Assembly (NCBI GenBank): GCA_900768545.1
Contig: CAAGDD010000003.1
Span: 82,097-146,096, forward strand
DNA length: 64,000 nucleotides
Source: Clostridia bacterium
Lineage (GTDB): Bacteria > Bacillota > Clostridia > Christensenellales > UBA1242
Direction of reading: 5' to 3'
A model generated the notes under the pieces. That model did no database searches and was not told the origin of the DNA. It saw nothing but the letters and a program-made list of their open reading frames with translations. Position numbers and translations under genes: made by a program. Positions 9,509 through 17,966 of this stretch are shown here, one piece after another. The first letter of the stretch is position 1, and each line of letters starts with the position of its first letter.

Positions 9509-9999
9509 AATCCTCTCCGTTTTTAGACAGCAAAGCACTTTTGCAAATTTAATAGACAGATTTCTATCAGTGTAAAATTATCTTTGTTGAACTTTAATAT
9601 CAATTTAGCATACAATAAGACAGATGTCAACAAATTATACACGTGTCGAATAAATATTATAGTAATTTTGTAATATTGCATAATTTTAAACATTTTTTTA
9701 TTTGCGTAATAAATAAACAGCTGCATAATCCATTTTATATTTGCGAAGTTATTTATAGCAAACTTTTTAGATTCTATTACTCAAAATAAATAATATATAA
9801 TTAAAAAACTAACAAACCCCACTTGTTTTTATACATAAAAATTTTTGTTTATAATTGCCAGATTTTACAATATTTTACAAAATTATTTTGTGTTTTGAAA
9901 AAATTTAATTTTCAATTAAATATAAATAAAAAAACAACCAAAATCAAATACATGACACTGATTGTTTTTTTTGCGGCGGGCTAGAGACCAACTATTCTA

Positions 10000-10374
10000 T
10001 CAGCCCTTCCATAAGCCATGTAAATTGCAATATGCGAAAACTGCTTCAATTTTTTCATCTTTGTTTATATTGAATGTAACAATCGGCTCAGTGTTGTAAG
10101 ATAATCTTTTAAACTGATTTCCTTTGTTTGTTTGCAGTTTAACCCATTCAATATAATGTTCTGGTGTCATCGGGTGTGGAATTGTCCCAATATTTACAGT
10201 AACCTTGCCACATCTAACAGAATAAACAGGAACATGTTTTTCTTTTGCTCCGTCGTTGATGTTTGGTATAAGCACCTCCATCTTCTTACCACAGCATACT
10301 AGTGGTGCTCCGCTATCGTTAACCTTTACAACAATATTCCCGCAGTGTTTACAATAATAAAAATTTTGTTCCAT
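10000..10374 (-). CDS. dfx: desulfoferrodoxin (superoxide reductase, 2Fe-SOR)
   Basis: N-terminal desulforedoxin motif YYCKHCGNIV...VCCGKKM. SOR core: KHVPV, HPMTPEHYIEW, CNLHGLW. Confidence 0.85.
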   Translation of the reverse strand: MEQNFYYCKHCGNIVVKVNDSGAPLVCCGKKMEVLIPNINDGAKEKHVPVYSVRCGKVTVNIGTIPHPMTPEHYIEWVKLQTNKGNQFKRLSYNTEPIVTFNINKDEKIEAVFAYCNLHGLWKG

Positions 10375-10737
10375 TTTTTATTTCTCCTTTTGTTTTTTTG
10401 ATTGCCAAGTGGAGTAAAACAAGAGGCTCTTGCAATCCTATGATAATTATAACATATGATTTTGTATTTTGCACTTATAAATTTGATTTTAAATACAAAA
10501 AACAAACAAATGAAGAAATTGACAAAGAAATTGCCATGTTGAACTAAAACTTGCTGAACAACGCAAAGCACGATTATTAAAGAACGAACAAGATGAGATG
10601 TAAATTCGTTAAATTTTTACGAGTTCTAACAAAAATGGAGAATTCTAACACGATTTTGGCTGATATTTCGATCGAAAAATGCAGTCTAAACAATATTCTA
10701 GAACCACAATATATAGGGCAAAATCCTAGAAAAATAA

Positions 10738-10776
10738 GAAAAAGCGCCATAATTGGGTGCTTTTTATATGGCGGGA
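10738..10776 (-). repeat. degenerate tRNA 3'-end-like core (ATGGCGGGA on + strand) plus adjacent terminator hairpin
   Basis: The minus strand reads GGTATGAATCCCGCCA followed by AAAGCACC-loop-GGCGCTTT and T-rich sequence. The same 9-mer ATGGCGGGA recurs at 12612-12620. Confidence 0.35.
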
Positions 10777-11146
10777 TTCATACCAACACTTGCGTCATAA
10801 GTAAATACAATCAGAACCTAGTACTCCAATTTTAATTGTCTATAAAATACAAAAGAATATAAGGCTTTTATCCTTAAAAGTAATTTTAATATATTAATTT
10901 GATTTTTTATTCTCTTTTCATAATATGTTACGCTATAACTTTATTATTCATTCATACACATTACTTAGTTTTTGGTTTAATTATTTCAAGAATTTACTAA
11001 TATCTTAAAAAAATAAATATAAATATTTTGTAAAATTATACAAAAATGAAAATGTTATGTTATACTATATTTATAAAATTGTAGGCTTCTTGATTTTACT
11101 CGATTGACAACGACTAAAATTTTCTTTTATAGGAAAAGGGAGAAAG

Positions 11147-11305
11147 ATGATGTATAAAACAGAACTAATAGGCTACACACCTGTAGCAAAGAAAATGGCA
11201 AAGAAAATTGAAGACAAGTGTAACGAAATGGAAAAAGACGGCTATGTTTTAATTTCCACAACAATCACACTTGGCGCAAAGGCTATTTTGATTTTTAAGA
11301 AATAA
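11147..11305 (+). CDS. small hypothetical protein (52 aa), below the ORF-track cutoff
   Basis: AGGGAGAAAG then ATG. Translates to MMYKTELIGYTPVAKKMAKKIEDKCNEMEKDGYVLISTTITLGAKAILIFKK. Confidence 0.35.
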   Translation: MMYKTELIGYTPVAKKMAKKIEDKCNEMEKDGYVLISTTITLGAKAILIFKK

Positions 11306-11383
11306 TAAAAAATATAGCTTGGTGAATTATGGTTATATAAAGGAGAAAATATAAAAACAAAACATAAAATTTTTAGTTTAATA

Positions 11384-11989
11384 ATGGCAATATTACTAAT
11401 TATTCCATCAATGTTGTTCTTAACTGCTTGTGGAGAAAATGGAAATAATGGTTCAGGTGAAAATCCTAACTTACACGATAGTTCCAAATGGTTTACAGAA
11501 GCTGAGTTGTCAGCGGTTGGGCTATCTAATTTAACAGCGCCAACTGGTCTTAACGGAGCAATATCTTCTAGTGATTATTGGTTTAATGGTGGTTACTCAT
11601 TTTCGCAACCATGTGATAATGTTGATTTGTTAGCAGAAAATGCAGAAATTTATTTAAACTATTTCAAAACTAACTATGATGGATATTTTGGACATATCTC
11701 TGGTAATCACGGTGTAATGTATGGCGAAAACGAAACATGGTATGTTCTAGAACAAAGTAACAATTTAAGCGACTATTTTGATGACAATCCAAGTAAACTT
11801 TATAAATTTTACTATGTTACAAACCACGATATAGATAACAAAGGATATTTTGTTAAAAACTCGGTTTACACACTTGAAATTCGTTACGAATTTAATGTTT
11901 CAACAAATCAATATTTATTTAAACTATTTATAGAAAAAGCAGATACATCATCTAATGGAACATATTCATACTACTATAAAATGAAATAA
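11384..11989 (+). CDS. lipoprotein, function unknown
   Basis: Lipobox LFLTAC near the N-terminus. The ATG start gives no basic n-region. In-frame ATA at 11351, just after AGGAGA, would add IKTKHKIFSLI, so the true start is uncertain. Confidence 0.6.
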   Translation: MAILLIIPSMLFLTACGENGNNGSGENPNLHDSSKWFTEAELSAVGLSNLTAPTGLNGAISSSDYWFNGGYSFSQPCDNVDLLAENAEIYLNYFKTNYDGYFGHISGNHGVMYGENETWYVLEQSNNLSDYFDDNPSKLYKFYYVTNHDIDNKGYFVKNSVYTLEIRYEFNVSTNQYLFKLFIEKADTSSNGTYSYYYKMK

Positions 11990-12020
11990 GTTTAATAAAA
12001 TGTAATTCAAATATTTATAA

Positions 12021-12048
12021 AATGAGAGCAGTGTTTGCTCTCATTTTA
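12021..12048. terminator. bidirectional terminator
   Basis: ATGAGAGCA-GTGTT-TGCTCTCAT with flanking A and T runs. Confidence 0.7.
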
Positions 12049-12141
12049 TATGCCCGAAAAATTTTTTATAATAATCGTCTTTTTTTCTTTTATCATACTA
12101 TAAGTTTGTTCATCTTTTTCATCATAGGATTTATTTTTTCT

Positions 12142-12380
12142 AAACCTTCTATTTAGATTTGCCTTTCGGCAGGGGCAAAGTAGCATTGTTTGGCAAAAAG
12201 AACATTCCTTTAATGCAAGTTGTAGAAATCAACGAAAAAGAATAAAAAATTGTCTTTGAAATCAATTAGACACAAAAAAAAGACCAGGTTGTAAAACCTA
12301 GTCTTATGAGATTTATTTATATATTTTTAAATGTTTAAGCAATATTTTATTCCGTTGATTTATACGAAAACTATGCTACA
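12142..12380 (-). repeat. noncoding module R1 (direct repeat of R2 at 14756-14995)
   Basis: Blocks shared with R2: AAACCTyCTATTTAGATTTGCCTTTCGGCAG, ATTGTCTTTG, the hairpin AGACCrGGTT..AACCyAGTCT, and GTTTAAGCAATA. Here it is followed only by a 10-16 codon remnant ORF. Confidence 0.6.
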
Positions 12381-12551
12381 AAGACACAGACAAAAGCAAT
12401 ATATAAGGAGCTTATAAAAAGATAAAGTAGCATTAGTTCATGCTTTTCTTCATCCAGTTTCCGTGTTCATCTCTTTGTAAATTTATCCAATTTAAATGAG
12501 ATGGATTTTCAATCTTTGGTTTTTCGAAAGGAATAATTGCACCAAAACATT

Positions 12552-12640
12552 CATGTAAAATAAAAAACTGCACGCATTTCTCATTTTCACGAGGGTGCGT
12601 ACAGTTCTCTAATGGCGGGAAGACTGCTATCCAATTCTAA
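12552..12640 (-). repeat. degenerate tRNA-Ser 3' fragment plus near-identical copy of the terminator found downstream of tRNA-Ser(GCU)
   Basis: The reverse complement of 12552-12617 matches 27009-27076. Core AGAACTGTACGCACCCTCGTGAAAATGAGAAAkGCGTGCAGTTTTTT has one mismatch. Upstream GAATTGGATAGCAGTCTTCCCGCCA weakly resembles a T arm and acceptor end. Confidence 0.6.
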
Positions 12641-12686
12641 CATTAAAGTGTATGTTGGTGATAGGTGGATTAAAATTATTCAATCT

Positions 12687-13760
12687 CTAAATCCATATAG
12701 ATAAATCGAAAATATTATTTGTTATATTTTCTGCTGCAAATGCACCTATAATTATACCAACAGAAGATAGCGTTAAGCGTGAGATTAAAGTATCTTCCCA
12801 GTATTTAAATATACTTTCCATTTTAGGCACGATTTCGATAACTTTTTCTTTTACTTCTTTGGTACTCATTTTATTTGAATTAAATAGTGATAAAATATAT
12901 TTCTTATGAGAATCTTTAACATTAAGTCTTTCAAATGATTTATTTAAAGATTCTTCATCAATTGTATTGATTTGTAATTTTTCATTATCATTGAGACATT
13001 TTGTAAATAATGTTGGATATAAAATATTGGATTTTTCATCATCTATTATAGCGAGAGATTTTTCATCGAACCCTTTAAAAAACAATCCTGTGTAATTAGT
13101 CAAAAATATATTTTCTAAAGTATATGAAGCTGTTGATACTGTTGCACAACGTGTATAACTTAAATGTTGAAATTCAGATTCTTTTTCACTAACTCCATGT
13201 TCATAAATTGGAATTACATACTTATTTAAATATTCTGAAAATGAAGCATGGCTATTTACAGCAAGTCTTCGTGTATGGTTCAAAATAAACTTTAGTCCTA
13301 AACAATTGATTTGAGATGGTAAAAGTAGGGGCGAAGTTTTTATGGCTTCACCTAATGCGATTTGAAGTAAATTGTGATTTGGTTCTTTAATTCTTTTGAC
13401 AATTAAATTAGAAAGCAAATCTCTCAATTCGGCTGTTCCATATTTTATATAGGCTTTTTCAGCTTCGATGAAGTCAAGTTGTAAAGAAGGTTCTTCAAAA
13501 GCACCAATAATGTCATTAGGTTTTATATTTGCACTAGCGCACTTTTCTAATATTTGTGCAACTAGTTCATTTTCACGCTTTTTTGCTTCTACAAGAGCAA
13601 CCTGTTTGGCTTTATTTATTTCTTCATCAATTAAATCAAGGCATAAACTTCTAACATCCGTATAATTCATTCCATAATATACCACACCATTGTTGGTTGC
13701 AATCATATTACCATTATTTTCTTCTACTTGTTGATTAACATTATCTTTTGTTTTGCTCAT
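12687..13760 (-). CDS. hypothetical protein (357 aa), island cargo
   Basis: GGAG 6-7 nt before the ATG. N-terminus NQQVEENNGNMIATNNG repeats a motif of the upstream 66-aa ORF. Hydrophobic C-terminal segment LSSVGIIIGAFAAENI. No family confidently recognised. Confidence 0.6.
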   Translation of the reverse strand: MSKTKDNVNQQVEENNGNMIATNNGVVYYGMNYTDVRSLCLDLIDEEINKAKQVALVEAKKRENELVAQILEKCASANIKPNDIIGAFEEPSLQLDFIEAEKAYIKYGTAELRDLLSNLIVKRIKEPNHNLLQIALGEAIKTSPLLLPSQINCLGLKFILNHTRRLAVNSHASFSEYLNKYVIPIYEHGVSEKESEFQHLSYTRCATVSTASYTLENIFLTNYTGLFFKGFDEKSLAIIDDEKSNILYPTLFTKCLNDNEKLQINTIDEESLNKSFERLNVKDSHKKYILSLFNSNKMSTKEVKEKVIEIVPKMESIFKYWEDTLISRLTLSSVGIIIGAFAAENITNNIFDLSIWI

Positions 13761-13941
13761 TTATATCTCCAAAGTTAATTCCAACCATATTTCCATTGTT
13801 ATCTTTGACTTGCTGTTTAATTTTGTTATTGTTTGTTTGTTTTAATTCTTGAACCTCTTTTTTTGTTTTAAAAGCGGCAATTGCAGAAAAAACAGCAGCT
13901 ATCGAACTAATTCCTGTAAATATTAAAGTTATAATTTCCAT
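13741..13941 (-). CDS. small membrane protein (66 aa), island cargo
   Basis: GGAGG 7 nt before the ATG. N-terminal TM helix IITLIFTGISSIAAVFSAIAAF, then KQQVKDNNGNMVGINFG. Overlaps the next ORF by 20 nt. Confidence 0.5.
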   Translation of the reverse strand: MEIITLIFTGISSIAAVFSAIAAFKTKKEVQELKQTNNNKIKQQVKDNNGNMVGINFGDINEQNKR

Positions 13942-14002
13942 ATTTTATCCTCCGTAATATACAAGCATTATAGCATATTATAATAAATAATGAAAGACCT
14001 AC

Positions 14003-14037
14003 AACAAAAAAAGAAGAAGTATTTTTCAACTTCTTCT
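14003..14037 (-). terminator. rho-independent terminator separating two island operons
   Basis: AGAAGAAGT-loop-ACTTCTTCT followed by T7 on the minus strand. A TTGTAG-16-TATAAT promoter-like sequence follows at about 13960-13995. Confidence 0.6.
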
Positions 14038-14216
14038 CGCAGTTGTTTTATTGATTGCTTTGCAGATGAGAGTAAACTTCTTTTGCGGTAAGATTTTGAG
14101 AGTTGCCAAAGGTTTCGGCAAAGTTTTTTAAGTCTGTTGCAAACATTAAACTTATTCGTTTAAGTTGCTTATTTGACAAACTTGTTTTACCTAATTTTAA
14201 GGTATTATCTTCAAAA

Positions 14217-14480
14217 TTAAACTTGGCCGTGTTCTCTTTGATAAGCCAAATATGTTTCTTGTATGTAATCTACAAAAGTTATGTTTTGTAACTCATTTTC
14301 ATTAAAAGTTTGCCTACATACAGGGCAAGTGTAAGTGCTTTCTTCTGGATTGTAATCTACATCATTCCATTCAAAAGTTTCATCACAATATGGACATTGA
14401 TGTAAATCTTTGTGTTCAAATTTTCTTAAATCTTCAATTATTGCATTTAATGTGATTTTTTCTTGTAATTCTTTATTCAT
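14217..14480 (-). CDS. zinc-ribbon protein (87 aa), island cargo
   Basis: Two CxxC pairs: CPYC...CPVC. Confidence 0.55.
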   Translation of the reverse strand: MNKELQEKITLNAIIEDLRKFEHKDLHQCPYCDETFEWNDVDYNPEESTYTCPVCRQTFNENELQNITFVDYIQETYLAYQREHGQV

Positions 14481-14491
14481 TTTTAACTCCT

Positions 14492-14749
14492 TTAATCGTT
14501 TATTGTTTCAAAATCATTTACATTAACTTGTGTATTCTCAACGCCATATTGAAAATACAAATCTTGTTCTCTATCTCTTTTTAGGTCGTATTCAGTTACA
14601 TAAATCTTTCCAGCTTTCGTAACTGCAACAGTGATAGTCATTTTGTCGGTGTTTACATCTAAAATGTTAAATGTAACATCATACTCACCATCAAATAGAG
14701 AAAACTCTTTTAAGTAGTAGTTTTTGATTTCGTTTTCTTCTGTTTTCAT
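14492..14749 (-). CDS. hypothetical protein (85 aa), island cargo
   Basis: Start moved to ATG 14749 (AGGAGG upstream); MKTEENEIKNYY... No family recognised. Confidence 0.5.
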   Translation of the reverse strand: MKTEENEIKNYYLKEFSLFDGEYDVTFNILDVNTDKMTITVAVTKAGKIYVTEYDLKRDREQDLYFQYGVENTQVNVNDFETIND

Positions 14750-14755
14750 ACTATA

Positions 14756-14995
14756 AAACCTCCTATTTAGATTTGCCTTTCGGCAGACCAAATGAAAGCA
14801 GAGTTTGTTTAATCTTGTTGTTTAGTGGCAGAGCAGATGTCAATGAAAAAGAAAAAAATATTGTCTTTGGAATCTTCGTGAAAATAAAAAAAGACCGGGT
14901 TTCTAAACCCAGTCTTGTGAGATATATAATATTTATATTTAATTGTTTAAGCAATAATTTTTTCCATTTACATCTGCAACCAAATTCTGCTACGA
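14756..14995 (-). repeat. noncoding module R2 (direct repeat of R1), leader of the island operon
   Basis: Same blocks as R1. On the minus strand: TTGCTT-17-TATTAT, hairpin AGACTGGGTTT-AGA-AACCCGGTCT plus T7, then CTGCCGAAAGGCAAATCTAAATAGGAGG immediately before the 85-aa ORF. Confidence 0.6.
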
Positions 14996-15166
14996 TAGGG
15001 CGGACGAACGGAAAAGATAAATAGGAGTTATACAATAAAAAACACCTTGCTAGATGCAAAGTGTTTTGTTTTAGTTTATAAAAGATAATGGATAAATTAC
15101 TGAAAAGAACTCTAAATGAAAAAATACGAACTCAAAGATATCCTTCTCGTTCGTATTATTCACTAC

Positions 15167-15255
15167 TGGCGGAGAGTTAGGGATTCGAACCCCAGGAGGC
15201 TGTTAACCTCAACGGTTTTCAAGACCGCCGCTTTCGACCGCTCAGCCAACTCTCC
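15167..15255 (-). tRNA. tRNA-Ser (anticodon UGA), CCA encoded
   Basis: Acceptor GGAGAGT/ACTCTCC, anticodon loop CTTGAAA, long variable arm GAGG..CCTC, T loop TTCGAAT. A TTGCAA-TATAAT promoter-like sequence lies upstream at about 15275-15310. Confidence 0.9.
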
Positions 15256-15504
15256 AAATATTCGTGCGCAAACAACTTACGCACTATCTATTATACACAT
15301 TTTCAAACAAATTGCAAGCGATTTTTAAAAATTTTTCGTTTCGCGTCTTAAATATGAAAATTTTTAAATTTGAAACTTGACAAATTTTTGCTTTAACATT
15401 AAACAGAAACAAACAAAATTAAAGTGTGCTCTGTTTATTTGATTTTTGCAAGCCGTCGCCCGCCTATTTGATATCTAACAGAATTTGATTGATCGACTTT
15501 CAAT

Positions 15505-16266
15505 TTACTCTTGGTCGATTGATTTATCTTCGGTCTTTGAATTTTCGACAGATTGAGCAGCAAGTTTCTTTTTCTTGACCGCTTCCACAATCATCGAAGG
15601 TGTATGAGCAAGCGTAATTAGCACGACACCGATCGCCACCAAAGTGAAGAAATATGCAAACCAGCCGTTATTCAAATTTAAAACTGGAAGGTTTGCCAAA
15701 GGTGGCTCAACCAAATAGAAAAAGTTTGTGTGATAAGTTTGCAAAGCGCTATTCGCCCAAAGCATAACCACCATCAAAGCACCGAGTGTGCACAAATTTC
15801 GAAGCCAAACTTTCAAGCCAAGATCAACATTTTTGGTGCAAATATTGTGCAACGAATACCACAAAATCCCCGAATGAAAGAAGTAACATTGATAGGCATA
15901 AGGTGCTTTGAAATCCGATCCGCTAGTTGACATAAAAATCGCCAAAAGCCCGCCGATGATCCCGATTGGAACGATAAACCCCAAAACTTTTTTCTTGCGT
16001 TCTTCGTTTTTCGAAAGAAGTTCATAAAAGAACAAGAATATCAAAATTGAGCACAAATGGAGTGGAAGCGATCCGGCGTTTAACACCATTCCGCCGCCCG
16101 AAACTTTTTTCATGTGTGTAAAAATTTTGCACAATTCGCTAGCAATACTGATCCCGCAAATAATATAAGTCGCTGTTTTAAAACTGAATTTAAAACGCAG
16201 CGAAAAGAACAGCATTATGCCGACAAACGAAAAACAAATGCAAAGCCACGCGATATATTCACCCAT
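15505..16266 (-). CDS. polytopic membrane protein (TIGR02206/YwaF-like)
   Basis: Multiple TM helices; the SLPLHLCSI motif is typical of that family as I recall it. Confidence 0.5.
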   Translation of the reverse strand: MGEYIAWLCICFSFVGIMLFFSLRFKFSFKTATYIICGISIASELCKIFTHMKKVSGGGMVLNAGSLPLHLCSILIFLFFYELLSKNEERKKKVLGFIVPIGIIGGLLAIFMSTSGSDFKAPYAYQCYFFHSGILWYSLHNICTKNVDLGLKVWLRNLCTLGALMVVMLWANSALQTYHTNFFYLVEPPLANLPVLNLNNGWFAYFFTLVAIGVVLITLAHTPSMIVEAVKKKKLAAQSVENSKTEDKSIDQE

Positions 16267-16267
16267 T

Positions 16268-16825
16268 TTACTTCACTCCTTGGCAATATTTTTCATATTC
16301 ATAAATCAAATCTTCGGCAAGTTCTTCAGGCGTTTTTGAAGAAGAGTCCATAACAAAATCGAAGTTTGACATATCGTTGTTGTCGATGCCGTAAATCATT
16401 TTGTATCTTTCATTTTCAAGTTTGCGGCGATTTATCAAAGATCTGCGCGCTTCTTTTGCGTCGGTGTATTTTTCTTTTCCTTCACGGTCAGAAGCGAGAA
16501 GCCTGTTGACCATTTCGTCTTCGTTTAAATCTACAAAAACCTTGAAAGACTCTGGAACAAAATGCCAAGCGCAACGGCTGTCAAAAACATATTTTTGCCC
16601 CCTGTATTTTTTGCCAAGTTCGGCTGTTTTTTGATCAATGAATCTGTCAAATTCTGGGTCGCTCATACAATATTGATTAAACTCTTCGGCGTTCATTCCG
16701 CGCTTTTTTGCTTCTTCTTTGAAGATGTCGCCCACGCCAATTCGAACAAACCCATATTTGTCAACCAAGATTTTTGCGATACTTGATTTTCCGCTGCAAG
16801 GCTTTCCTGTAATTGTGATAATCAT
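16268..16825 (-). CDS. cytidylate kinase-like family P-loop kinase
   Basis: MIITITGKPCSGKSS P-loop; overall resemblance to short (d)CMP kinase-like proteins. Confidence 0.6.
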   Translation of the reverse strand: MIITITGKPCSGKSSIAKILVDKYGFVRIGVGDIFKEEAKKRGMNAEEFNQYCMSDPEFDRFIDQKTAELGKKYRGQKYVFDSRCAWHFVPESFKVFVDLNEDEMVNRLLASDREGKEKYTDAKEARRSLINRRKLENERYKMIYGIDNNDMSNFDFVMDSSSKTPEELAEDLIYEYEKYCQGVK

Positions 16826-16977
16826 ATAACTCTCCTAAATTTTTTATATTTTAACATAAAACTTTTGATAGGCAAAACGATTAAAAAGTTTTGCGCAACA
16901 ATTTTTGTTGAACTGTTTATATTGTTTGTTCAAATTTCGACAATATGCTATACTCTGCATATAAAGGAGAAAATATT

Positions 16978-17820
16978 ATGGTTTTTTGGTCTAAAATGCA
17001 CCTTATTACACTTTTACCAACAATGATAATAATGATTGGCGTTTCGATTCTTATTTCTTATCTTTTAAGAAAGAAATCCCAAAAGATAAAAATTATCCCT
17101 TTGCAAGTGCTTTCTGCTATCGCGATTGGGCTTGAAATAGCAAAACAAATAATAGGAATTGTTGATGGTTATGATACGTATTGGCTTCCATTTCATTTTT
17201 CGTCTATATTTTTGTTTTCTTCTGTTGTGGTATGCTTTTTCACATATAACAAAACAAACTGGTTTGCAAGATTTTCAAACTCATATTTTTCTACATATTT
17301 GACGATGATGTTTGTTTTTATGGCTGTATATCCAGAAATTATTTACTCTGGCGAAACTATCACAAACTTTTCAGCAAACTTTTTAAATGCCCACACAATC
17401 ATTTATCACAACATTGTTTTGTTTGCATTCTTCTTGATGATCGGTTTAAATTTTTATGAAAAGAAAACAAAGTTTGGCTTGATGTCTGCTGTTTTAGGAA
17501 GTTTCTGCTACGGAATTGTTGGTGGAACTATGGCAACCATTTTGAAAACAAACTACAACAGTTTTTACTTTTGTCAAGTTGCGCCCATTGAACAAATCAG
17601 ACAATCACTTGTAAATTCGTTGGGATTTGGTGGACAGATTATTTATGTAATGATGATATTGGCGGCAACAATTTTCTTCTCGATTGTTTGCTATGGAGTG
17701 TTTAGACTTATTGTCTGGTTAAAAGAATTGATTTTCAAACAAAAAAATCAACTTATATCTCAAAAGGAAGTTTCTGACAATCAACCTGTGGACACAAATG
17801 CACAAACTGATCAAAAATAA
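16978..17820 (+). CDS. polytopic membrane protein (YwaF-like paralog)
   Basis: Start moved to ATG 16978 (AAAGGAGA upstream). Multiple TM helices; WLPFHFSSIF is analogous to the PLHLC motif. Confidence 0.5.
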   Translation: MVFWSKMHLITLLPTMIIMIGVSILISYLLRKKSQKIKIIPLQVLSAIAIGLEIAKQIIGIVDGYDTYWLPFHFSSIFLFSSVVVCFFTYNKTNWFARFSNSYFSTYLTMMFVFMAVYPEIIYSGETITNFSANFLNAHTIIYHNIVLFAFFLMIGLNFYEKKTKFGLMSAVLGSFCYGIVGGTMATILKTNYNSFYFCQVAPIEQIRQSLVNSLGFGGQIIYVMMILAATIFFSIVCYGVFRLIVWLKELIFKQKNQLISQKEVSDNQPVDTNAQTDQK

Positions 17821-17966
17821 ATCTTTTGTTTTACAATATTCTAAAAAAGTGTTGAGATTTTTTTGAGAATGTGTTAAAGTATATGTGAAGTTTGTTGATT
17901 TTGAAAAATCAACCGAAAAGGAAGATTTGCGCAAAAGCAAATTAAGGAGAAAAAGGAGAAATTAAA

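Noticed and set aside
10490-10600. A coding-looking fragment (...NEEIDKEIAMLN* / KLAEQRKARLLKNEQDEM*) and repeated TCTAACA/TCTAGAA words at 10610-10830.
   Set aside because: It is interrupted by stops in every frame, has no start or RBS, and I cannot identify the parent gene. It is probably decayed remnant DNA at the far end of the island region.
12425-12552. A minus-strand reading ...HECFGAIIPFEKPKIENPSHLNWINLQRDEHGNWMKKSMN* between the tRNA-fragment terminator and R1.
   Set aside because: It has no start codon or RBS and begins inside the terminator T-run. It looks like a 3' gene remnant and is not annotated as a CDS.
16936-16942. Spo0A-box-like heptamers: TTCGACA at 16936 and 46304, TGTCGAA at 60916.
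   Set aside because: The number of hits is about what chance predicts for a 7-mer on both strands of 64 kb. There is no clustering, so this is not evidence of regulation.
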